Origin: an uncultured virus (IMG/VR IMGVR_UViG_3300001580_000018)
Taxonomy: Duplodnaviria; Heunggongvirae; Uroviricota; Caudoviricetes
DNA: 64,000 bases
Virus record (IMG/VR): IMGVR_UViG_3300001580_000018
Location: 1 to 64,000 of that record
Strand: one strand, 5' to 3'
The translations under genes were made by a program, and so were the position numbers. Position 1 is the stretch's first letter. Each line of letters begins with the position of its first letter. The notes under the pieces were generated by a model that worked only from the letters and a program-made list of their open reading frames with translations, was not told the DNA's origin and made no database searches. Below, piece by piece: positions 56,600-64,000 of this stretch.

Positions 56600-57881
56600 G
56601 ACTCTTTGTCTAGCACCATGGACGCATACCTACCTCTCGCCGCAGACGGAGCGCAGAATGTGCTGCGCATCACGAGAACCCGCACAGAATTTTCAGCAGT
56701 ACATAGACACAGCATCGGGCACTGGTCGTTATATCCCTATGACATTAGAGCAACATTGGAACAGCGAACATATGAAGTCAGTACGCCGCAGGATGATGGC
56801 TGGAGAAACATTGCCTGAATGTGAAGTATGCAACAATAAACTTCTTAATACTGATGTGTATCGAGATTATTTTTGGCATCTTTTCCGTCACAAATACGAC
56901 GAACTTATGTTGATGACAGATATCACAGGTCATACTTTGGCTCGTCCAATAAGTTGGGATTATCGTTTTAGTAATCTTTGCAATTTCAAATGCCGCATGT
57001 GTGGTGACATGTTATCCAGCGCCTGGGAAAGTGAGCAACGACAGAATGACATGATCGATTGGTCCAATTCCAAGAACGATTGGATGCGTCCCGAAGTGAG
57101 ATCCGAGATAAGTAAATTCCAAGACACCCAGATAGAAGCTGAGTTCGCTCTAGCAGTAGAACAGCATCGCGTAGAAGAAATATACTGGGTAGGTGGCGAG
57201 CCATTGATGTATGAACAGCACTGGCGCTACATGAAACGTATAATCGAATTAGGAGACGGCCCACGTGTCTATGCTCGTTATAATACTAACCTTAGTCGTG
57301 TTCATTATCGCGGTATGGATCTTTACCGCGACATCCTGTGTAATATCAGAGACTGGCAGATCTGCGCTAGCCTTGACGGCACAGGACAGATTGGAGAATA
57401 CATCCGCACAGGACTCCGATATACAGAATGGAAAGAAAACTTCCAACGGGGAATAGATATACAACGACATCGCAGACAAATGAGGATAGATTTCACACTC
57501 ACCCTCCCCGGTCTGTTCGAAGTAGAGAATATACAAAATCTTGCAGATAAATTCGGAGTGGATATCCTTGCCAAAGTAGTTTTTAGTTTCAGTTCCGATA
57601 TCATATTAAGTCCATTGTCCTTGCCGCGCAATTTATTAGATAAAAAAATTGATCAATTAGTCGGTCAAACTCGCGGTGCGTTAAAGGACGTATTACTACA
57701 GCTCAAAAATAGACCCACATTTGAAGAGCAATGGCCCGACAAATGGTATCAGGGTTTGTTAAAAGGAAAACGTAGAATATTACAATTAGAAAAAATAAGG
57801 CAAGACGTGTACACAATGGAAGATATCTTAAAAGAGGACAAGGAAATATATGAGTGGTGGAAAAATATTAGAACAGATTGA
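56586..57881 (+). CDS. radical SAM protein with N-terminal twitch/SPASM-like domain
   Basis: CLAPW..MCC, CEVC, CNFKCRMC, VGGEP, YNTN. Start placed at ATG 56586. Confidence 0.9.
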   Translation: MSKSETLCLAPWTHTYLSPQTERRMCCASREPAQNFQQYIDTASGTGRYIPMTLEQHWNSEHMKSVRRRMMAGETLPECEVCNNKLLNTDVYRDYFWHLFRHKYDELMLMTDITGHTLARPISWDYRFSNLCNFKCRMCGDMLSSAWESEQRQNDMIDWSNSKNDWMRPEVRSEISKFQDTQIEAEFALAVEQHRVEEIYWVGGEPLMYEQHWRYMKRIIELGDGPRVYARYNTNLSRVHYRGMDLYRDILCNIRDWQICASLDGTGQIGEYIRTGLRYTEWKENFQRGIDIQRHRRQMRIDFTLTLPGLFEVENIQNLADKFGVDILAKVVFSFSSDIILSPLSLPRNLLDKKIDQLVGQTRGALKDVLLQLKNRPTFEEQWPDKWYQGLLKGKRRILQLEKIRQDVYTMEDILKEDKEIYEWWKNIRTD

Positions 57882-58911
57882 AATCGATCTAAGAGACCGA
57901 CGAGGCACAATACTGACTATTTATTTTGATGTCTATGAAAATTCCTTGTCTAAAAAATGGTTAGATGCGTTGAATTATTTGTTGATCAATGATTATCATC
58001 TTGAAAAAAATTATTGTTTTTTTGGATTCGCCCAAGGAGAAAGAAACGGTAAAACAATATTAGATCAGATTAATAAAAGTATCTTAGCTATCAATGAATC
58101 CGAGTTAGACTACAAAATTGACGATTATTTTTCAATGGCTAATTCTATAGATCAAGATCGGCGTCTAATACATGATAAATTTAATCATCTACACAGATAC
58201 TTTGAGGATCTGCAAGGAGTTAGTGGTGCAATGAGTTCGCATTTTTTACGTGCAGATCCCCTCACTCGTTGGCATATAAGACAGTTAAATCTATTATGTC
58301 ACGAATTTGAATCTTGGGCTCTGAGTCACCGGAAAGAAATAACTGCACCAGAATGGCAAAGACCTAGCCAACTCATGTGTTGGCTACATGCTCCGAGATT
58401 TGTATTAGATGAGGAAGATCATGAATTGTTTGGCATCGAGTCTCTTAATCGACCATTGGGCGGTGTTTTTGTAGGTGTAAACAAAGCAGTTGGTAAACAT
58501 CATTGGGAAGTATTCAACGACGAAGGGAAAGATTCTCGGATAGGTGAGCTTACAACAAGTTCATTGAGATCACAGACTGAAGCTGCTGGGGATTTTGACA
58601 TTGAGTGGGCAAATAATCCCGGAAATTTTCCTTGGCAAAAAAAACAGCTCGTAGAATTTCGTGATTGGTTAATAATCAATGGGTTCGATCCTGAAAATAA
58701 AAATTTAACTATCGGGCACCCACAAATCGGGCAAGTGGATTTATTAAGATCGTTTTCCTCCGAAAATTATCGAAGCATTTGGGATCAATTAAATACTCAT
58801 CAAGACGTTTATTCAATACGTACTAGCACGGCTAAATCGATTTACGATTATCGTTGGGATGATCCAGATTTTATCGATAGACAAATAGAAGTTATTAGCA
58901 AAGGATATTAA
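57850..58911 (+). CDS. hypothetical protein
   Basis: 353-aa ORF overlapping the upstream gene; NHLHRYFE, LNLLCHEFES and VGKH motifs; no family recognised. Confidence 0.75.
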   Translation: MSGGKILEQIEIDLRDRRGTILTIYFDVYENSLSKKWLDALNYLLINDYHLEKNYCFFGFAQGERNGKTILDQINKSILAINESELDYKIDDYFSMANSIDQDRRLIHDKFNHLHRYFEDLQGVSGAMSSHFLRADPLTRWHIRQLNLLCHEFESWALSHRKEITAPEWQRPSQLMCWLHAPRFVLDEEDHELFGIESLNRPLGGVFVGVNKAVGKHHWEVFNDEGKDSRIGELTTSSLRSQTEAAGDFDIEWANNPGNFPWQKKQLVEFRDWLIINGFDPENKNLTIGHPQIGQVDLLRSFSSENYRSIWDQLNTHQDVYSIRTSTAKSIYDYRWDDPDFIDRQIEVISKGY

Positions 58912-58912
58912 A

Positions 58913-59014
58913 ATGAAATGGTTGAGAAATCTTATCAATAAGATTAGATTAGAAATACGCTATCGCAAAAAACTCAAAGAATTACGTAAACGAGATCCTT
59001 TTATCTACAAATAA
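58913..59014 (+). CDS. 33-aa basic peptide absent from the ORF track (MKWLRNLINKIRLEIRYRKKLKELRKRDPFIYK)
   Basis: ATG preceded by AAGGA; fills the gap before the carbamoyltransferase. Confidence 0.65.
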   Translation: MKWLRNLINKIRLEIRYRKKLKELRKRDPFIYK

Positions 59015-59022
59015 TCTAGTAA

Positions 59023-60498
59023 ATGAGCATTTTAGGCATATCAGCAGGATTCCATGACGCAGCAATATCGGTGATAAGCTCTTCGGGGGATATCCTGTTT
59101 GCAGGCCATAGTGAACGCTACAGTAAAATCAAAAACGATCCCACGCTACACCCGCAGCTGATAAAAGAAGCCATGGGGCATGGGTGCAGTACCTTGGCCT
59201 GGTATGAACGTCCTTGGATGCGTAATATACAGCAATGGAGATCTGGTCAACGACAATACGGACCCTGGAACACTGGCGGCACCTTGCAGCAACATCTTGG
59301 CGAGTTTTATCAGCCTAAATTTGAATACAGTTTTCCCCATCATCTTAGTCATGCTGCCGCGGGATTCCAGACCAGTCCGTTCGATCATGCCGCGGTAGTA
59401 GTAATAGATGCCATAGGCGAACTGGATACCATATCCATTTACCGTGCAGGTTATGACGATCAAGGTCGGGCACAATATCGGCGCATGTGGCTCCAGACTT
59501 ATCCGCACAGCATTGGATTATTTTACAGCGCCGTGACACAGGCAGTGGGACTAAAACCCATGGATGAAGAATACATCACCATGGGTATGGCTGCTTATGG
59601 GTCGGATCTTGGTACTGCATATCTTTTGGATCAAGTAGTCACTGATCAAGAAGAGATACAGTTTTACAAAAATCTACATATCGGGTTTGACGACAACGAA
59701 ACAAAAAACATCTCCAATGAAAATTTAGCAGCCGCAGCACAAGGTGTAGTGGAAATTTTGATCATGAATGTCATGCGCCGCGCCAGGGAAATCACCGGCT
59801 CGGAGAATCTCGTGTACATGGGAGGCGTCGCGTTGAACTGTGTAGCTAATCGGCGGCTGGGGCAGATATTTGATCGTATTTGGATCATGCCTAACCCTGG
59901 TGATGCAGGGTCGAGTCTTGGTGCCGCAGCGTTGGTGTACCAACAGCGACTGAACTGGAAAGACGCATTCCTCGGGCACGAAATACGTGGCGACTATCCA
60001 GTGAAACCATTGCTAGATGAATTAGTCACTAACAAGATCGTAGGAGTGGCTTCGGGCCGTGCTGAGTTTGGCCCCCGGGCTTTGGGCAACCGTAGCCTGT
60101 TGGCAGACCCGCGAGGCCCAGAGATCAAGGATCGAGTCAACGAAATCAAGCGCCGACAGAAGTTCCGTCCGTTTGCCCCGGTGATACTAGAAGAGCTAGT
60201 AGATGATTATTTCTTGATGCCAGTGAACTGGGACACCAGCAGATACATGCAGATCGTGGCCCATGTCAAACGACCCGACCTATATCCAGCGATCACGCAT
60301 GCGGATGGCACAGCAAGAGTGCAGACCGTGCCACGAGATGGCTCAGGAATACGTCAATTGTTGGAACAATGGTATCTACTGACCGGATGCCCTATGCTGC
60401 TCAATACTTCGTTGAATATCCGCGGAGAAGCTATGGTCAACGATCGAGCAGATGCTGATCGATTTGAAGAATTATACAATGTCAAGGTTTGTAGTTAA
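59023..60498 (+). CDS. carbamoyltransferase, NodU/CmcH/TobZ family
   Basis: ILGIS..FHDAA, ERYS..KND, HHLSHAA, DAIGE, GGVALNC, GDAG, EFGPRALGNRS, RPFAP, H.DGTARVQTV, LLNTSLN. Confidence 0.95.
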   Translation: MSILGISAGFHDAAISVISSSGDILFAGHSERYSKIKNDPTLHPQLIKEAMGHGCSTLAWYERPWMRNIQQWRSGQRQYGPWNTGGTLQQHLGEFYQPKFEYSFPHHLSHAAAGFQTSPFDHAAVVVIDAIGELDTISIYRAGYDDQGRAQYRRMWLQTYPHSIGLFYSAVTQAVGLKPMDEEYITMGMAAYGSDLGTAYLLDQVVTDQEEIQFYKNLHIGFDDNETKNISNENLAAAAQGVVEILIMNVMRRAREITGSENLVYMGGVALNCVANRRLGQIFDRIWIMPNPGDAGSSLGAAALVYQQRLNWKDAFLGHEIRGDYPVKPLLDELVTNKIVGVASGRAEFGPRALGNRSLLADPRGPEIKDRVNEIKRRQKFRPFAPVILEELVDDYFLMPVNWDTSRYMQIVAHVKRPDLYPAITHADGTARVQTVPRDGSGIRQLLEQWYLLTGCPMLLNTSLNIRGEAMVNDRADADRFEELYNVKVCS

Positions 60499-61656
60499 TT
60501 GATCAATCAATCGATCTAATACCGGCTTGTTTCCACTGCTGAAATGATCTTGGTTATGCTTTATATCTTTAAAGCATTGTAAATACCATTGATGCAAATC
60601 AATCTTTGAAAGTTTTTGTATTGAGTTTTTGATAGCAAGCCATCTCTGTGTATTATCATTGATAGTGTCGTAACGATTGTCAATTACATCATCAAAAACA
60701 CGATAACCATGATCTCGTAACACCTGTAATGTTCCTGGTGGGCCAATCATCACGAATGGTTGCCCATATTTAAAACATTTGTAAGTTTTTTCTGTGATAA
60801 ATGTACCACCACTGCCGTCGGCATCAAAATGTGTTTCTAATACTAGATGGCAGTAAGATTGTTTATAAAGATCAACATTAACATTCCTGTGATCATTGTG
60901 TGCTACATCGTTGGCAGTATCACAAAAGTATGGCCCGTGAGATACAAAATTGTTGACTTCTGATCTCCATGTAGAATCAACATCTAATTCCAATGGGTTG
61001 TCACATTCTCGATCGCCGGTATCAACGGTTGTGTTATAACTCCAGAAACTTTGCATTAATAAATTTGATCGCTGTAAATCTGTCATCACTGATGCTCTCC
61101 ACCATTTGTGCGATCGATTTAGTGCAGTAAATTGATACAGTTTAGGCGATAAATCGATGCGCTCTGCAGATTGCCGTCGATTGATGTAATGGAAAAAGAA
61201 TTCATGATCGGGGAAAAAATAGAATTTTTCTAGATTTGACGCTTGAGAATTGGCCGATATAAACAAATAACAACTTTTAGGGAGATCGTGATATTCTAAT
61301 AATTTTTCTATCCGAGTCTTAATATGTCCAGGATTGTCGCCTTCGTGATAATAGAAAAGTATTTTTATATCGCCGACCTTGATGCGATCGATGGTTGTTT
61401 TGGGTATCATTCCGATATAATCGCATTCAAAATCAAACCATGCTACTGCGATCGGATACCATGAATGTCGTGGTGCGTCAGATACATGGCATTGGTGTGT
61501 GGGTATCCCGTGCCTCTTGAAATAAACAAATAATCTACAAGGGATCGTTCTTGGGTAGGTATGATCGAATTCGTCTGGCCCTAGATTTTCATTGGCTAAA
61601 TTAGGATAACCTAATACATTGGGATTAGACATGCGATCAAAACAAAAAGTCAACAT
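60472..61656 (-). CDS. hypothetical protein with C-terminal ET...ITEKTYK motif (glycosyltransferase-like)
   Basis: FTALNR, LVLETH, FITEKTYK...QPF, GYRVF..VID..YD, HNQ; third paralog of this family in the window. Confidence 0.6.
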   Translation of the reverse strand: MLTFCFDRMSNPNVLGYPNLANENLGPDEFDHTYPRTIPCRLFVYFKRHGIPTHQCHVSDAPRHSWYPIAVAWFDFECDYIGMIPKTTIDRIKVGDIKILFYYHEGDNPGHIKTRIEKLLEYHDLPKSCYLFISANSQASNLEKFYFFPDHEFFFHYINRRQSAERIDLSPKLYQFTALNRSHKWWRASVMTDLQRSNLLMQSFWSYNTTVDTGDRECDNPLELDVDSTWRSEVNNFVSHGPYFCDTANDVAHNDHRNVNVDLYKQSYCHLVLETHFDADGSGGTFITEKTYKCFKYGQPFVMIGPPGTLQVLRDHGYRVFDDVIDNRYDTINDNTQRWLAIKNSIQKLSKIDLHQWYLQCFKDIKHNQDHFSSGNKPVLDRLIDQLTTNLDIV

Positions 61657-61665
61657 ATTTTGGTG

Positions 61666-61694
61666 TTGTATTTTAATTAAAAATTTGTTATAAT
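61666..61694 (+). promoter_or_regulatory. sigma70-like promoter
   Basis: TTGTAT-N17-TATAAT with extended TG; ATG at 61703. Confidence 0.65.
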
Positions 61695-61702
61695 AAAATC
61701 AT

Positions 61703-63322
61703 ATGTTTGATATTTTTTATCTGAATCGTCCAACTGGTATTTCCCCTCACGAACGACCAGCAGAGTCCATTGATCATGCGCGAGAGTTGTCTCGCACCAG
61801 ATACTTATGGATAGTTGATGGATACAACGATTATTCTAATTTTGATTGGTTATGGGAACCCTCGGCCTGGGAATCACATCAAGCGCATGTGTGGCCCAGT
61901 CAGCACCAAGAAAATGGTGGAACCTGGTTGATACCCAAAAACGGTTATCAAGATATCAATCGTAAGCATCCTTTGATAACAAAGGTCAAATCGGTCCCTA
62001 GATTACATATCAAACATTGCTCATCCAGTCTAGATCTGGGCGATGTCAACACACGTTACGTTAGCGATTATCTAGGTACGCTCCGCCGAGCTTTAAGCCG
62101 AGTTGACTGGGAATATTGTTGGGTCACCTCAGATGTGTGCGATTACACTGGATTTGATTTTACATGGCATCCCAGCGAATGGCAAGATCGCATGCTGCAT
62201 GTATTCCCCAGCGACGAACAGAAGTTTGGAGATACGTTCTATGTGCATGTTCCTAGTTTTCTAGAAAAATCCAAGGAGTTGGCGCTGTTGGAATGGTTTG
62301 ACACTATTCACTTTGTAGATGACATACGAGTAAAAAGATATCCAGTACCGCAAGTGATCTACAATACAGACAGCGTAGTGCCCGCGGTGTGGGCACACGA
62401 CTTCCAAGATCCTGTAGTAGAGTTCAGTCGTTACGAGCAAGATAATATCCGACCCGCATTAAATCTTTGGCGACAGGCGACCAAAGCAGTGACACCATTG
62501 CGCCACGGTGCAGAGAGTGTGCTGATACCCCGAGAGGTCAAGAATCATCTCCGCACACAGATCTATGATTATCCTGTGATAGATCGTACCTGGGATGTAG
62601 TACACAGCCGACCATTGGATATCGTTTTCATCTCTAATGGTGAATATGGTGCCGATGATCATTATAAATGCGTCGTATGGTCGATGAGGCAGCACGATTA
62701 TAATCCAGAAAATCGCATACATCGTGTGGACGGGGTCAATGGTCGGGTGGCCGCATATCAGGCCGCAGCCCAAATGAGCCAGACTGACTGGTTCTTTGCT
62801 GTGTTTGCTAAACTACAGGTCAACGAAGATTTTGATTGGACCTGGCAGCCCGATAGATTGCAAGAAGCCAAGCACTACATCTTCCATGCTTATAATCCTG
62901 TAAACCATCTCACTTATGGCCACCAGGCCATGATCGCCTATAACCGGAGACTGGTGCTAGAGAATGTTGGCGCAGGCTTGGATTTTACACTAGATCAACC
63001 CCACGAAGTAGTACCCATAGTATCAGGTACTGCTTACTATGACAACGATCCTTGGACCTGCTGGCGCACAGCATTCCGCGAAGTGCTTAAACTACGTCAT
63101 AGCTTACCAGATGTAGAAAACGAATATCGCATGAACGAATGGTTGACCAAGGGCGAAGGAGTCAACGGTCACTGGAGCGTGATTGGCGCCGAGGATGCCA
63201 TGGACTACTATGATCGAGTTAGTGGGGAGTTTGACGAACTTAAGAAAAGCTACGAGTGGCAATGGTTGGCATCATACGCCATGATGCTTCATCCCACGCT
63301 TTTCACGCACTCCAAGACTTGA
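61703..63322 (+). CDS. glycosyltransferase-like protein with internal repeats
   Basis: C-terminal half is similar to the 48250 protein (RVDGV.G..AA..AAA..S.T, WR..FRE..K); three FD.W.W.P repeats. Confidence 0.65.
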   Translation: MFDIFYLNRPTGISPHERPAESIDHARELSRTRYLWIVDGYNDYSNFDWLWEPSAWESHQAHVWPSQHQENGGTWLIPKNGYQDINRKHPLITKVKSVPRLHIKHCSSSLDLGDVNTRYVSDYLGTLRRALSRVDWEYCWVTSDVCDYTGFDFTWHPSEWQDRMLHVFPSDEQKFGDTFYVHVPSFLEKSKELALLEWFDTIHFVDDIRVKRYPVPQVIYNTDSVVPAVWAHDFQDPVVEFSRYEQDNIRPALNLWRQATKAVTPLRHGAESVLIPREVKNHLRTQIYDYPVIDRTWDVVHSRPLDIVFISNGEYGADDHYKCVVWSMRQHDYNPENRIHRVDGVNGRVAAYQAAAQMSQTDWFFAVFAKLQVNEDFDWTWQPDRLQEAKHYIFHAYNPVNHLTYGHQAMIAYNRRLVLENVGAGLDFTLDQPHEVVPIVSGTAYYDNDPWTCWRTAFREVLKLRHSLPDVENEYRMNEWLTKGEGVNGHWSVIGAEDAMDYYDRVSGEFDELKKSYEWQWLASYAMMLHPTLFTHSKT

Positions 63323-64000
63323 TCTGCGATATACTCCACGGACAAGTCAGTGAGTTCGGGATAAAATGGCAAGCTCAACACACGTCGGGCCAACGCTGAG
63401 GACTTGCTAAGGATATCTGGGCCGGGCCATTGCCGATAGATATCGATCTCATGCAAAGGTTGTGCATAATGTACCCGTGTGTCAATACCGCGCACTGAGA
63501 GATTCTTCTGTAAATCATCACGACGATCCGCATCAATCACGAACTTATGATATCCGTGATCGTGATAGTTATCACGGTTAATCAAGCAGCGAACGGCACT
63601 CCCGCGGAAGCGGTCTCTCCAGTAAGTCGCGATATCTGCTCTGCGTTTTTGCCATGAATCTATGTAACGGCTCTTGACCAACATCAGCGCACAGTCGAGT
63701 TCGCTCATGCGACTGTTAGTTCCAATATCGTGATTGGTGGGTTTGCCATTGTTCTTCCAACTCTTGGCCCAACGGTACAATGTAGAGTCATTGGTCACAA
63801 CAGCACCACCGTTGCCGTAGCAGGCGAGATTCTTCATGGGATCGAAACTGATAGCTGCGGCACGCCCTAGCCGATGACAATCAGCGGCCAACCAATGCTG
63901 TGCTGCATCTTCTATGATGATTCGATCATTCATGGTCCAGTTTCGCCAGGTCTTGACATCGCCGAGATGCGTGATGGCAGCACCGTAGAGTCCTACCAAT
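63289..64000 (-). CDS. DegT/DnrJ/EryC1/StrS PLP-dependent aminotransferase (5' end outside the window)
   Basis: VGLYG, IIEDAAQ, SFDPMKNL..YGNGGAVVT, NSRMSE, VHY..PLH, LSLPFYPEL. Confidence 0.92.
   Translation of the reverse strand, partial: LVGLYGAAITHLGDVKTWRNWTMNDRIIIEDAAQHWLAADCHRLGRAAAISFDPMKNLACYGNGGAVVTNDSTLYRWAKSWKNNGKPTNHDIGTNSRMSELDCALMLVKSRYIDSWQKRRADIATYWRDRFRGSAVRCLINRDNYHDHGYHKFVIDADRRDDLQKNLSVRGIDTRVHYAQPLHEIDIYRQWPGPDILSKSSALARRVLSLPFYPELTDLSVEYIADQVLECVKSVG

Noticed and set aside
1..64000. Stop-codon reassignment (alternative genetic code), as in some jumbo phages
   Set aside because: Genes are full length under the standard code, including a 14.5 kb ORF, and TAA, TAG and TGA all end recognisable genes.
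1..64000. CRISPR array, tRNA or rRNA genes, diversity-generating retroelement
   Set aside because: No regularly spaced direct repeats, cloverleaf or reverse transcriptase were seen by eye; tRNAscan-SE and a CRISPR finder would confirm.

Overview
This 64 kb window comes from a large T4-like (probably jumbo) myophage, most likely an uncultured metagenomic assembly because it contains scattered N bases. It uses the standard genetic code. Head and tail genes: portal (gp20-like), a tape-measure-like protein with a C-terminal M15-type peptidase motif, gp26/gp51-like hub chaperones, and a baseplate/tail operon (gp48-, gp53-, gp27-, gp5-, gp25- and gp6-like genes, a 4842-aa giant virion protein, and tail fibre genes). 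Replication and transcription genes: the gp46/gp47 nuclease and the gp55 late sigma factor. There are also two probable homing endonucleases. From about 46 kb to the window end lies a dense modification cluster: five tandem radical SAM enzymes, a NodU/CmcH carbamoyltransferase, a DegT aminotransferase and several glycosyltransferase-like genes; two more radical SAM genes sit near gp46. The main unexplained features are: (1) a roughly 360-nt structured, apparently minus-strand RNA at about 6870-7230, next to GNA-triloop DNA hairpins; (2) a canonical -1 slippery site that would fuse the gp26-like and gp51-like ORFs; (3) a three-gene cassette with an ATE/Bpt-like aminoacyl-transferase; (4) TAAATA late promoters exactly 5 nt before start codons; (5) the radical SAM/glycosylation cluster itself. 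All family assignments come from motif recognition by eye; no database searches were run.
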